Below are positions 14,952-25,043 of a DNA stretch of 31,718 nt, piece by piece. Origin of the DNA: a virus (lineage: Duplodnaviria; Caudoviricetes); the IMG/VR virus record IMGVR_UViG_3300032303_000243, positions 1 through 31,718 of that record. One strand, 5' to 3'. The stretch's first letter is position 1, and the number at the start of each line of letters is the position of its first letter. Position numbers and translations under genes: made by a program. The notes beneath the pieces are model-generated. The model saw nothing but the letters and a program-made list of their open reading frames with translations. It was not told where the DNA came from and made no database searches.

Positions 14952-16188
14952 TTGGACGACGTGGCTGTACCTTGCGGGACGTGGCGCTGGAAAGACACGT
15001 ACGGCTGCTGAGTGGCTCGCGTACAAGGCGGTAACGCACCCTAAGACGCGGTGGGCGATTGTTGCTCCTACGTTCGGTGACGGGCGTGACACTTGTGTCG
15101 AAGGTGAATCGGGCTTGCTCGCTGTCCTCAACCGTTACGAGCAGGTGGCGTCGTGGAACCGCAGTCAAGGAACAATCCGCACCCGTAACGGTTCGCTGAT
15201 TCGTATCTTCTCCGGTGAAGAACCTGAGCGTCTGCGTGGGCCGCAGCATCACGGTGCTTGGGTGGACGAGTTAGCAGCGTTTAGGTACATGCGTGAAACA
15301 TGGGACCAACTCAGGTTCGGTCTACGCCTAGGTGAACATCCGCAGATCGTTGTTACGACGACTCCGAAACCGAACCCGCTGATCCGTGAACTCGTAACGC
15401 GTACTGATGGTACCGTTAGCGTGACACGCGGTTCCACGTTTGATAACGCAAAGAACCTTGCGCCTGCCGCTCTCGCAGAGTTCCTCTCGCGCTATGAGGG
15501 AACTCGGCTTGGTAGACAGGAGTTGTATGGCGAACTCATTGAGGAAGCCGAAGGTTCCCTATGGTCTATGAATCTGATAGAGCAGCACAGAGTGCAGCAG
15601 GTAACGGAAAAGATTTTGCGGCGCGTTGTATCAGTAGACCCGGCTGTCACCGCTAACGAAACGAGTGACGAGACAGGCATCATTGTTTGCTCACGGGACG
15701 GTAACGGACACGCTTACGTTGAAGCCGATTACTCCATGCGCGGAACACCTAACGAATGGGCGCATCGCGTTATCGCCGCCTATGAACAACATGAATGCGA
15801 CGCCGTGGTTGTGGAAGTGAATCAGGGCGGTGACATGGTGGCTGCCACTCTCCGCACTATCAAACCGAACCTGCCTATCAAAGAAGTTCGCGCAAGTAAG
15901 GGCAAGCGCCTACGCGCCGAACCCGTTAGCAGCATGTATGAGCAGGGAAAGATTCATCACGTTGGCGGTTTCCCTGCGTTAGAGAATCAGATGACGACAT
16001 GGACGCCCGACGATCCAAAATCACCGGACAGACTAGACGCGCTGGTGCATGGTCTAACGGAACTGATGGAAGGTAACAGGGCGCAAGCATATTTGCGTGC
16101 AATCGCGGTAGTATGTTCCTGCGGCTACCCGAATACGCAAGGCAGTATCGTATGCGTACATTGTGGGTCTGAACTGAAGGCGGTCTAG
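14821..16188 (+). CDS. terL: Terminase large subunit (true start probably slightly downstream)
   Basis: Walker A AGRGAGKT, Walker B WVDE, TTTPKP, LGRQELYGE, nuclease VDPA..DETG, PDRLDA. Confidence 0.95.
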   Translation: MTGTAATLTGKFRDLSRFLPQIAAARSQWQNHLARPEQLPPTSDWTTWLYLAGRGAGKTRTAAEWLAYKAVTHPKTRWAIVAPTFGDGRDTCVEGESGLLAVLNRYEQVASWNRSQGTIRTRNGSLIRIFSGEEPERLRGPQHHGAWVDELAAFRYMRETWDQLRFGLRLGEHPQIVVTTTPKPNPLIRELVTRTDGTVSVTRGSTFDNAKNLAPAALAEFLSRYEGTRLGRQELYGELIEEAEGSLWSMNLIEQHRVQQVTEKILRRVVSVDPAVTANETSDETGIIVCSRDGNGHAYVEADYSMRGTPNEWAHRVIAAYEQHECDAVVVEVNQGGDMVAATLRTIKPNLPIKEVRASKGKRLRAEPVSSMYEQGKIHHVGGFPALENQMTTWTPDDPKSPDRLDALVHGLTELMEGNRAQAYLRAIAVVCSCGYPNTQGSIVCVHCGSELKAV

Positions 16189-18422
16189 TGGGCTGGCGTG
16201 AGAACGTAGCGAAGGCACTCAATCTGCCTGCCGGTACAGTGACGCAAACGGAACAACAGATCGCCGCGCAGGTTCCCGCATCGGGCACGACGGCTACAGC
16301 GATGGAACGCCGTGCAGAAGATTACGTTGTTCCGTTCGCGCCGGGACGCCCTCTTGTTCCCTCACTAATTAACCCGCCGCTGGATAGTGGCCGTGCAGCA
16401 CCACGCCGTTACGAGTTCCCTGTCGCATGGAACTTGCAGATCACGGAGCAGCGTGTTGTTCCGTTCCGCATCCTGCGTGAGGTCGCTGATGGTGCTGATC
16501 TGGTCCGTAAGTGCATTGAGGTTGTTAAGTCTGCTGTGTCGGGTATGGATTGGGATGTTGCCCCGCTTCCTACCGCTACGGGTCGTTTCCTCGCGGAGAA
16601 CCCCGGTATTGGTACGGCTGCCGCGTCACGAATGGCACGCGAACAACTCGCGCCAGAGATTCAACGCGCTAAAGACTTTTGGCTTATGCCTGACCGGATT
16701 AACGGGCTTTCCTTCCCTGAATGGGTCGCTATGGCGATTGAGGAAATGCTTGTTATTGACGCGCTCACGATCTACCCGAACACGACTCTTGACGAGAAGA
16801 ACCTGCACTCGTTAGAGATTCTTGATGGTGCGACGATTAAGCCCCTGTTGGATGATCGCGGCGGCAGACCGATTCCTCCGCATCCCGCATATCAGCAAAT
16901 CTTGTGGGGCTTCCCGCGTGGCGAGTTCACAGCATCGGCTGACGCTGACGGAGAGTTCACCGCTGACGATCTGATCTATGCGCCTCGTACTCGCAGGCCA
17001 TACACGCCGTATGGTTACAGCGCGGTAGAACGCGCCCTACCCGTTATCGACCTTTACATGAAGCGCCTTCAATGGTTGCGTACAGAGTTCACCGATGGGG
17101 TTACGCCGGATGCGTTCATTAAGACAGACGCAACTTACGGTGACAATCCTGAACTGCTGCGTGCGTATGAGCGGATCATGAATGATGATCTTGCGGGTAA
17201 GTTGGAGCAGCGTCGTAGGGTTCGGATGCTTGCTGATGGTATGGACCCGATCTTCCCGCCGTCCCCTGACGCGAAGTTCAGTCCCGCGTTTGACGAACTG
17301 CTAGTGAAGCAGGTGTGTTCGCATTTCGGGGTGCTGCCTACGCAGATCGGTTTCGCCCCGAAGGGTGGTTTGGGTGGCGCTGGCGTGCAAGAAGGCGAGC
17401 AGTTGTCTGCCGAAATTATCGGTCTGCGCCCCGTGATTCTGTGGATCACAGACTTGTGTAATCAGTTGTCTTACCGGTTCTTGAATATGCCGCGTGACCT
17501 TGGATTCATCTTTGCTAATGATGTGTCGGAGAATGGTCTTGCTGACGCGCAGCGTAGGCAGATTCAGTTGTCTACTGGCGAGATCACTATGAATGAGGCT
17601 CGCGCTGAGATCGGTTACCCGATGTTCTCGTTCCCTGAAGCGGATATGCCGATGGTGCCGAATAACATGGTTCCGGCTGCTGATGTTGAGGAGATGCTTG
17701 CTGCGACTGCCCCAACTGTTGAGCCTGAGTCTCAGTCTGAGGCCGTGACTGAGGACGCTAACGGAACACCGGATTTGACTACGCCGGATAAGTCAATGAA
17801 TCCGGTGAACATTGAACTGGCGGCTTTTGCTAAGTGGACTAAGGGGTCTCGTAAGCGACTATTTATGTTTGAGTTTCTGGATTCGCAGAAGGGCGCGGCA
17901 CTTAACTCGCTTGCGAAGAATGATCCGAACGCCGCACGCGAACTCGCTAACGCATTGAAGGCTGATAAGACTGAGGATTCGTTCACGCCTCCGTCTGGTG
18001 TTCGTGCTGCTGCGAAGCGTGCGCTTGGCTGGATTGAGGAAGGCAAAGCCGGGAGCGGGTTCACCGATACGGGACGCAAGCGTGCAAGCGATCTAGCGCG
18101 TGGTGCAGCCGTGAGCGCGGAGACCATCGGACGCATGGTGTCGTTCTTTGCACGCCATGAAGTTGATTCCAAGGCTGAAGGGTTCAACTCTGGCGAAGAA
18201 GGTTTCCCCTCGGCTGGCCGTGTGGCGTGGGATGCGTGGGGCGGTGACGCTGGTAAGACATGGGCTGAAACTGTCTATGCACGGTTGAACCCTGAGAAGA
18301 ACGCGAAGGCGAGTGATGCCGGGGGGCGAGCCGAAACCCCGCATTTGGCCGGGGGGCGAAAAGCGGCAGGAACTAACCGCCCTGTACGCGGAGCGGCTGC
18401 GGGATTCTCGTGGACCCGTTGA
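16188..18422 (+). CDS. Portal protein with extended C-terminus
   Basis: After terL; LDG.TIKPL, PYGYSAVE, FGVLPTQIG, TMNEARAEIG; extra PPSGVR..GRVAWDAWGG domain. Confidence 0.88.
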   Translation: MGWRENVAKALNLPAGTVTQTEQQIAAQVPASGTTATAMERRAEDYVVPFAPGRPLVPSLINPPLDSGRAAPRRYEFPVAWNLQITEQRVVPFRILREVADGADLVRKCIEVVKSAVSGMDWDVAPLPTATGRFLAENPGIGTAAASRMAREQLAPEIQRAKDFWLMPDRINGLSFPEWVAMAIEEMLVIDALTIYPNTTLDEKNLHSLEILDGATIKPLLDDRGGRPIPPHPAYQQILWGFPRGEFTASADADGEFTADDLIYAPRTRRPYTPYGYSAVERALPVIDLYMKRLQWLRTEFTDGVTPDAFIKTDATYGDNPELLRAYERIMNDDLAGKLEQRRRVRMLADGMDPIFPPSPDAKFSPAFDELLVKQVCSHFGVLPTQIGFAPKGGLGGAGVQEGEQLSAEIIGLRPVILWITDLCNQLSYRFLNMPRDLGFIFANDVSENGLADAQRRQIQLSTGEITMNEARAEIGYPMFSFPEADMPMVPNNMVPAADVEEMLAATAPTVEPESQSEAVTEDANGTPDLTTPDKSMNPVNIELAAFAKWTKGSRKRLFMFEFLDSQKGAALNSLAKNDPNAARELANALKADKTEDSFTPPSGVRAAAKRALGWIEEGKAGSGFTDTGRKRASDLARGAAVSAETIGRMVSFFARHEVDSKAEGFNSGEEGFPSAGRVAWDAWGGDAGKTWAETVYARLNPEKNAKASDAGGRAETPHLAGGRKAAGTNRPVRGAAAGFSWTR

Positions 18423-20184
18423 CGCACGCTCGTTAGCGGAAGCGTTCACACAACACAACCCGCATAACCCTGTCGATTGGGTTTCTCAGCGTTTGGCTGG
18501 ACTAATGGGTGAGCGCACCACGAATGTGCTGCGTGACCTTTACACAGAGGCAGGTTGGGCCGCTATCGCTGCGGGTCGTTCTCAGTTGCGTACTGCTGCT
18601 TCACGCAAGATGGTCACGAAATCTTCTATTGATTGGGAGGGCTGGGAGCCGGGAGATGCCGAGGCTGCCGCGAAACTGATCGGCACATCGAAAGCACCGG
18701 GGCTGAAGAACCTTCTGGACGGCGCTAACGTCACGATCAAGGGCATTGAGGAAACCCGCTATAACGATCTTGCTGGGGTGCTTGCGCGTAGCGTCGCTGA
18801 TGGTCTTGGCGTGGATGAGACCGCGAAGCAGATTGATGCCATGTTTGATAAGGGCGCTGATTGGGCTGACATGGTGGCCCGTACTGAAACCGCGAGAGCC
18901 GTTACCGCAGGTACATTGGATTCTTACGCTGACGCTGGGGTGACGAAGGTTGAGTGGTTGACTGCTGATGGTGGCTGCGCGATCTGTGGCGAGTACGAGA
19001 GCATGGGTCCGGTTGAGATGGATCAAGGGTTTGGGGATGTTGAGGGGCCACCGGCTCACCCGAACTGTCTCTGCACGCTGCTGCCTGTTGTCTCCGAAGA
19101 TGCGGGTGTTGTTGAAAAGCCGGAAGAAGTTGTTCCAGACGATGTTGCTTCTGATGATGTGAGCCCTGAAGAAGAAATAGCAACGGGCGATATGACTGTT
19201 ACCGAAGCAGATACTGAAGCGGTAACGGAAGATTCTGCCTTCTCGCCTGCAGAAAGAACTGCTCTTGCTGAACTCCGTCAGTATGCAGAATTAGCAGAAA
19301 AAAATGATAATTACAAGGCATACGAACTTTACAAGAGCGGAAGTGGTGTCTTCAGTGATGGCTTAGGAGCCATGAGAGAATTCACGCAGACCAATATACG
19401 CGTTGACTTGCTTGCGTCTCCTGAAGCCAAATTCATAATGAACAATGCTGGTGAAACACCAGAAATAGTCTATAGGGGCGTTTACGCGGGTAAGTTGGAA
19501 GCAGAACTTTTGCAGGTTGGAGATATTTACGACAACCGCATGGCTGCTTCCTATACCAGTACAGAAAAGATTGCGGAAAACTTTGCCCTTAGAGCCTCAG
19601 AAGGTGTTCAGATACCGGTTATCTTTGAGAGTGTTGGTCCCCTTAGGGGTATTCCGCTAGAACCGATCACTTTGTATCCCGGTGAAAATGAATGGCTTGT
19701 TTCGCATTCAGTTCGTGTAGTGCGCATTGATAAAACACGAATAAATGGGAAGGACGGTTTACGGGTCTATGTGGAAGATGTGGCACCAGTAAAGAAGTCC
19801 GTCAATGCTTTCATTACTAAAGCGGGTCGTAACGTCATTGACGTTGCGTTAGCCAAGTTGAACGAGATACCGATGGTTGATGATGACCACATCGCCGTCC
19901 CGTGGCCTATAACGGAACGACCAAAACTAGACCCCGAAGTATGGGCAGAAGCCGCAATCCAATCAGTCGTTATCGCTAACTTGTACGCATCGCAAGAACT
20001 GTTGACGAAAGAACGCGTGGTTTTCTTCATTGAGAATCCCGGCGCGATTGAGTTAGGGCGTCGTGCGTTTGCGAATGTGTATGATTTGGGTGAGCGGCTT
20101 GTGATTGTTGACGGGCATCACCGCCTCGCAGCCTTGTGGTTGTTGGGTGCCGACGAAGCGAACGTCTGGTTTCTGGAGGAATAG
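18313..20184 (+). CDS. MuF minor head protein fused to ADP-ribosyltransferase-like and ParB-like domains
   Basis: ARTETARA, EWLTA..C..C, PPAHPNCLC (MuF); YRG / SYTS / ENE (ART); IVDGHHRLAA (ParB-like). Confidence 0.82.
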   Translation: MMPGGEPKPRIWPGGEKRQELTALYAERLRDSRGPVDARSLAEAFTQHNPHNPVDWVSQRLAGLMGERTTNVLRDLYTEAGWAAIAAGRSQLRTAASRKMVTKSSIDWEGWEPGDAEAAAKLIGTSKAPGLKNLLDGANVTIKGIEETRYNDLAGVLARSVADGLGVDETAKQIDAMFDKGADWADMVARTETARAVTAGTLDSYADAGVTKVEWLTADGGCAICGEYESMGPVEMDQGFGDVEGPPAHPNCLCTLLPVVSEDAGVVEKPEEVVPDDVASDDVSPEEEIATGDMTVTEADTEAVTEDSAFSPAERTALAELRQYAELAEKNDNYKAYELYKSGSGVFSDGLGAMREFTQTNIRVDLLASPEAKFIMNNAGETPEIVYRGVYAGKLEAELLQVGDIYDNRMAASYTSTEKIAENFALRASEGVQIPVIFESVGPLRGIPLEPITLYPGENEWLVSHSVRVVRIDKTRINGKDGLRVYVEDVAPVKKSVNAFITKAGRNVIDVALAKLNEIPMVDDDHIAVPWPITERPKLDPEVWAEAAIQSVVIANLYASQELLTKERVVFFIENPGAIELGRRAFANVYDLGERLVIVDGHHRLAALWLLGADEANVWFLEE

Positions 20185-20474
20185 TGGCCGTTACATCTAA
20201 GCAGGTAACCATCCCGACTAACGCTGCAACGTTGTTGTTCACGCAGCAGTCTAAAGACTCAAACATGTGGCAAGTGTTTCTTTACAACTATGACGCTTCC
20301 TTAAAGTTGGGTTTGGGTGATTCTGCGATGACGCGCACCACGGCAGGACATCAACTGCCTGCATTAACAGCGCACACGATGGTTCTTCCGTATGGTGAAT
20401 CCATTTACGGAATTACCATGTCTGGTTCTGCCACTATTGCTGTTGGTATTCTCGCAGTTGGGCAACCCGCATGA
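20184..20474 (+). CDS. Hypothetical beta-rich virion-region protein
   Basis: GGAGG RBS, TAGTG coupling to MuF, ATGA coupling to the protease. Confidence 0.65.
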   Translation: MAVTSKQVTIPTNAATLLFTQQSKDSNMWQVFLYNYDASLKLGLGDSAMTRTTAGHQLPALTAHTMVLPYGESIYGITMSGSATIAVGILAVGQPA

Positions 20475-21598
20475 ATCTAACTAGCGTTTACGCCCCGATC
20501 CTGAAGAAGGAACGTCAGTCTGACGGCACCCTTCTTGTTACTGGTATTGCTACTGATGACACGTTGGATATTGACGAGCAGGTGTGCGACGCCGATTGGC
20601 TGTCGCGTGCTATGCCGGAGTGGTTTAAGTTCGGCAACATCCGTGAGCAGCACTCTAACGTTGCTGCTGGTGTGGCGACGAAACTGGAACAGGACGGCTC
20701 ACAACATATCGTTACCGCTCGCGTGGTTGATCCCGCGTCGGTGATGAAGGTGGAGATGGGTGTCCTTAAGGGGTTCAGTATAGGTATTCGTGACCCGCGT
20801 ATCGCTCACGACAAGTCGGCTCCCGGTGGCCGGATTGTTGACGGGCAGATTGTTGAAGTGTCTTTGGTGGATCGCCCCGCGAATCCGTCTTGTCTTATTG
20901 AGTTGGCTAAGAGCGTCGGCGGCACCGTGCAGCAGACGGAGAATCTGGTTGAAAAGGAGAGCGCCGCTATGGAGCGTTGCAAGGAGTGCGGCAAGGCGTT
21001 CCCTTCCGCAGACATGAAAGAAATGATGTGCGACAAGTGCTACGACATGAAGGCTGCGGAGGAGTCAACTGAGGCAACCGCTGCTGAGGAGTCCTCACAG
21101 GCTGTTGGCGAAGAATCGTCACAGGAACTGAACGAGGAGTCATCCCGTGAGGGTGGCGTCGCTGGTGTCGCTGGTCGCAGTATGCACATGAGCGAGGAGT
21201 CCACGGAAGCCACAGCAGTAAAGGCTGAAGATGAGGGTTCTACGATGGATACGGAAATGAGTGAGGAATCCGAAATGAGCATGGATAACTCTCTTGCCAG
21301 CATCGCGCAGGCTCTCGCCCGTATTGAGGCTATGCTTTCTGAGTCGAAGTCAGACAAGAACGCCACGGAGGAGATTCGCAAGAGCGTCAATGTTATTGAC
21401 GAGCGAGTGTCGAAGGTGGAGAAGTCTGCTTCTCGCGGCCCGGTTCGTACCGTCGTCAAGGCGGCTGTAGCACCGGATGAAACCGCAATCAAGGCAGCGA
21501 AGGCTGCTGAGTATCGCGCTAAGGCTGCTGCCGTTAGCGATCCGGCTCTAGCACAGGGTTACCTGTTGCTGGCGCATGAAGCAGAACACACCAACTAA
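20471..21598 (+). CDS. Prohead protease (HK97-like) with scaffold-like C-terminus
   Basis: NIREQH, GVLKGFSIG, EVSLVDRPANP; acidic EESS repeats and helical tail. Confidence 0.88.
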   Translation: MNLTSVYAPILKKERQSDGTLLVTGIATDDTLDIDEQVCDADWLSRAMPEWFKFGNIREQHSNVAAGVATKLEQDGSQHIVTARVVDPASVMKVEMGVLKGFSIGIRDPRIAHDKSAPGGRIVDGQIVEVSLVDRPANPSCLIELAKSVGGTVQQTENLVEKESAAMERCKECGKAFPSADMKEMMCDKCYDMKAAEESTEATAAEESSQAVGEESSQELNEESSREGGVAGVAGRSMHMSEESTEATAVKAEDEGSTMDTEMSEESEMSMDNSLASIAQALARIEAMLSESKSDKNATEEIRKSVNVIDERVSKVEKSASRGPVRTVVKAAVAPDETAIKAAKAAEYRAKAAAVSDPALAQGYLLLAHEAEHTN

Positions 21599-21618
21599 CA
21601 ATTAAGGAAAATACTGTT

Positions 21619-23310
21619 ATGTCTACTCTCCCTCCCGCGAGCGAGATGTTCGGCACGACGGACCCGCGTGATCTTGCGGCTAAGGCTGAGGGCTTCAATG
21701 AGGCTGTCAGCAAGTCCCTGAACGCTGGTGCTCGTGGCGACTTCCAGCCTGCTATTCATCTTCCCGGCATGACCAAGGGCGTCGGCTCGGCTATGGCTTC
21801 CCTTGAGGCCGCTGCTAACGATCCGATCCTTGCGAAGGCTATTGGCGCTGACACCCTTGCCTCACTTCAGGCTCAGGTTGCTGCAAGCCGCGAGATCGTC
21901 AAGGACATTACCATTGGTGACGGCCTGACCACCGGTTCCCCGATTGGCACCGGCCTTGTGCCGTTCGACCTTGAGGCACCGGCTAAGTACCTCGCACCCC
22001 GCCCCACTCCGCTGCGTAACAAGTTGCCGCGTGAAAAGGGACAGGGCACAAGCCGCCGTTACAAGCGCATCACCGGTATCACCGGTTCCGGCACGGGCGG
22101 CGTGGGCGTGTTCCACCCCGGCATCTCGGAGACCACGCAGAACAACTTTGCTCCGGCAGGTGCCAGCAACGCGCTGTACCTGAACCGTGGCGCAAAGATC
22201 ACCTACGCCGGTGACGACAAGGTTGTTCCGTACTTTGAGTTCGGTGTGTCTGACAGCGTTTCGTTCGCTGCTCAGTACGCGGGTCAAGGTTTTCAGGACA
22301 TTCGCGCCCTGTCGGCTCAGTCGCTGCTTTACTCATCCATGCTTCTTGAGGAGCGTATGCTTCTTCTGGGCCGTGGAAGCGACACGACCTACTTCAGCGG
22401 TGCGCTGTCTGCTCCGTCTATCACGATCACGCTGCGCGCTCCGGCTACTGGCGAGACCGCGATCTCGGGCGCTGGCACCAACATTTACGTCAAGGCGACC
22501 TCGGATGCTGGCGATTTCGGTCAGTCCGTTCTGTCGTCTGTCGCCTCGGTTGCTGCCTCGGCTGGCACCGTTGCTGATGTAAAGATCACTTCCGCTGTTA
22601 CCGGTGCCCTTGGCTACCGTGTTTACAGCGGCACGGGATCATCTCAGCCTGCCGACTCGGCGCTGTTCTACGACGGTCGTACCGGTTCCCTGACCTTCAC
22701 GGTTCAGGGTGCGTTCCCGACGACCATCGCGGCAAGCACCGTTACTGCTTCTTCTGCTTACGCGAATGGTTACGACGGCATCATGCCGATCGTTACCGGC
22801 GCGAACAGCGGTTACACGAAGAACATCAACGGCTCGTTCAATGCTGTTAGCCCCGGTGCTGAGTTCCAGACGGCGTTCTCGTCGCTCTACGACTCGGTTA
22901 AGGCTGACCCTGACGAGATTCTGTTTAACGGTACTGACCGTAAGAACCTGTCGGAACTGCTCAAGAACAGCAGCAGCACCAACTACCGCCTCACCCTCCA
23001 GCAGGACGAGATCGGTAACGCTGTCATCGGTTCCGTTATCACCGCGATCCAGAACGAAGTTACCGGCAAGGTTGTGCCGATGACTGTTCACCCGTGGATG
23101 CCGCAGGGCAACACGGCGATCCTGTCCTACTCGCTGCCGATCCCTGATTCACAGGTAAGCAACGTGTGGTCCGTGGTCAACGTTCAGGATTACATGGGAA
23201 TCAACTGGCCGGTCATTGACTTCCAGTACCAGATTTCCTCTTACTGGCAGGGTACGTTCCTGTGCTACGCCCCGGCGTGGAATGGGTCTGTTACCGGTAT
23301 CGCCGCATAG
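21619..23310 (+). CDS. Major capsid protein
   Basis: After the protease; TAAGGA RBS; strongly biased codons; FDLEAPAK.L.P..TPLRNKLPR, VHPWMPQG. Confidence 0.82.
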   Translation: MSTLPPASEMFGTTDPRDLAAKAEGFNEAVSKSLNAGARGDFQPAIHLPGMTKGVGSAMASLEAAANDPILAKAIGADTLASLQAQVAASREIVKDITIGDGLTTGSPIGTGLVPFDLEAPAKYLAPRPTPLRNKLPREKGQGTSRRYKRITGITGSGTGGVGVFHPGISETTQNNFAPAGASNALYLNRGAKITYAGDDKVVPYFEFGVSDSVSFAAQYAGQGFQDIRALSAQSLLYSSMLLEERMLLLGRGSDTTYFSGALSAPSITITLRAPATGETAISGAGTNIYVKATSDAGDFGQSVLSSVASVAASAGTVADVKITSAVTGALGYRVYSGTGSSQPADSALFYDGRTGSLTFTVQGAFPTTIAASTVTASSAYANGYDGIMPIVTGANSGYTKNINGSFNAVSPGAEFQTAFSSLYDSVKADPDEILFNGTDRKNLSELLKNSSSTNYRLTLQQDEIGNAVIGSVITAIQNEVTGKVVPMTVHPWMPQGNTAILSYSLPIPDSQVSNVWSVVNVQDYMGINWPVIDFQYQISSYWQGTFLCYAPAWNGSVTGIAA

Positions 23311-23323
23311 TAAGCATTAGTCG

Positions 23324-23371
23324 CCTGTGTGGGGCGCGGCTGGTCCCCGTCCTTGCCGCGCTCCACATGGG
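23324..23371 (+). promoter_or_regulatory. Long hairpin after the capsid gene (terminator/attenuator or mRNA stabiliser)
   Basis: CCTGTGTGGGGCGCGGC / GCCGCGCTCCACATGGG stem, 14-nt loop, no U-tract. Confidence 0.6.
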
Positions 23372-23391
23372 TCTAACGACGGGAGTAACAA

Positions 23392-23661
23392 ATGGCACGA
23401 CTGGTAGCACCGAACGACACTATGCGTGAAGTAACGATTGAAGGTGCTCGGTTCGGTCAAAGCAAAACGTATGGTTGGGCGAACGATGGAACAGTTCATG
23501 TGAACTCTCCTCAGCACATTAAGGCGCTGAAGGAGGCGGGGTTCACGGAGGCTGGTGTGAAGTTGTCGTCTAGCGGTACTGGTTATAAGTGCGGGTCGTG
23601 TGGTTTCCACGGCTGGTTCAAGAAGTGCAGTAAGTGCGGAGGAGAAGGAGAACGTGGCTAA
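23392..23661 (+). CDS. Hypothetical protein with C-terminal zinc ribbon
   Basis: CGSCGF.GWFKKCSKCG. Confidence 0.7.
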   Translation: MARLVAPNDTMREVTIEGARFGQSKTYGWANDGTVHVNSPQHIKALKEAGFTEAGVKLSSSGTGYKCGSCGFHGWFKKCSKCGGEGERG

Positions 23662-24541
23662 CGCTGTAGGCACGACCTCACCGCTGTTCTCTACTCCGTA
23701 TTTGACGATTGCGGAGTTTAAGCAGGCTCCTACCGCTATTGATGTTGATGATCTTGTGGGTGGCGGCACGTCTGCTATTAACGATCAGGAACTCGCTAAC
23801 GTTATTGCGCGTGCGTCGTCGTGGATGGATTCGTATTGCGGTCAAGTCCTGTCGTCTACAACGGACACAGAGACTTCTAGGGGTCGCATAAATCGTCAAG
23901 GGTTCCTGACTATTCACCCTAGGTTTTCGCCCGTCACAGAGGTTGTGTCGCTGTCTTACGGGCCACTCCCTAACCTTCTGACAGCGGTTGACGTTTCGAC
24001 CCTGTGGATTGAATCGCAAACAGTCGTGTTCCCCATCCAAGGGTTCTCTACCGCGTTCTCTGGACCGATCCAGTTCTCTGGTAACTACTCCACGACACAA
24101 GAGCAGTTCATTACCATGACGTATGTTAATGGTTACGCGAACACGCTTCTGAGTGCGTCAGTTGCCGCTTCTGTCTCCAGCCTTCCTGTTACTGATCTTG
24201 CTGGGTTTACGCCTAGCCACCAGTTCGTTATCTATGACGGTGCAAATACAGAGGTCTTAACTGTTTCGTCATCGTTCGTGCCCACATCGGGTGCGGGGAA
24301 TCTGACTCTTGCTGCCGCGACCGCATACACGCACGCGAAGGGAATCAGCGTGAGTGCGCTTCCCCCGGCTGTGAAACAAGCCGCTATCTATCTGACAGCC
24401 GCAATCTTGAAGGCGCGTGGTAACGCCGCGCTGGTCATGACAAGCCTAAATCCGTCGCAGGTGCAAATGGCTAACCCGTCTGCTGCTAATGATCTTGAAG
24501 CGGCGTGGGATTTGCTTAAGCCTTTCCGCAGGATTCGTTAA
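23654..24541 (+). CDS. Head-tail adaptor-like protein with beta-rich insertion
   Basis: AAGGAG RBS; PYLT..EFK, ASSWMDSYC, LPPAVKQA, LLKPFRR. Confidence 0.72.
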   Translation: MANAVGTTSPLFSTPYLTIAEFKQAPTAIDVDDLVGGGTSAINDQELANVIARASSWMDSYCGQVLSSTTDTETSRGRINRQGFLTIHPRFSPVTEVVSLSYGPLPNLLTAVDVSTLWIESQTVVFPIQGFSTAFSGPIQFSGNYSTTQEQFITMTYVNGYANTLLSASVAASVSSLPVTDLAGFTPSHQFVIYDGANTEVLTVSSSFVPTSGAGNLTLAAATAYTHAKGISVSALPPAVKQAAIYLTAAILKARGNAALVMTSLNPSQVQMANPSAANDLEAAWDLLKPFRRIR

Positions 24542-25029
24542 TGTCTCGGGCGTCTGTACGCGCCGACGTTGCGGCGTTCTTCCAACCGACAGCGGTCGCA
24601 GGTTTGAACAAGGTGTATGCATCTATCCCTAAGCGCATCCCCGGCAGCGATTTCCGTTACGGGCAGGCTGCTGGTACTAAATCCGGTACTGTCGGCGTTG
24701 TTCACATTCTTAGCGAGAACGAGGAGCGCCGCGCTATCGGTGGCGCTACATCGGGCAAGAAGTGGGTTCATTACACGGTAGAACTGCAAGTGTTCTGTCA
24801 CAGTATTGAGTTGCACGCTGAGGATGCTATGGCGTTCTTTGATTCCGTTATAGATAACGTTAAAGCGCGGTTGCGTTCAGATAGAACGTTGAACGATTAC
24901 CCCACTATTTTTGAGGCTGGCGAACGCGAACTGTCAGGCGTATACGGAGAGCCTGCAACGTTAGCGGATGGATCGACTGAGATTTGGGGCGCTGTGCGTT
25001 TTGAGGTAAGCGAGTTCCTGACAACCTAG
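24541..25029 (+). CDS. Tail terminator / completion-like protein
   Basis: Synteny before the tail tube gene; size and LRSDRTL motif. Confidence 0.55.
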   Translation: MSRASVRADVAAFFQPTAVAGLNKVYASIPKRIPGSDFRYGQAAGTKSGTVGVVHILSENEERRAIGGATSGKKWVHYTVELQVFCHSIELHAEDAMAFFDSVIDNVKARLRSDRTLNDYPTIFEAGERELSGVYGEPATLADGSTEIWGAVRFEVSEFLTT

Positions 25030-25043
25030 GATAGGATTGTGGT

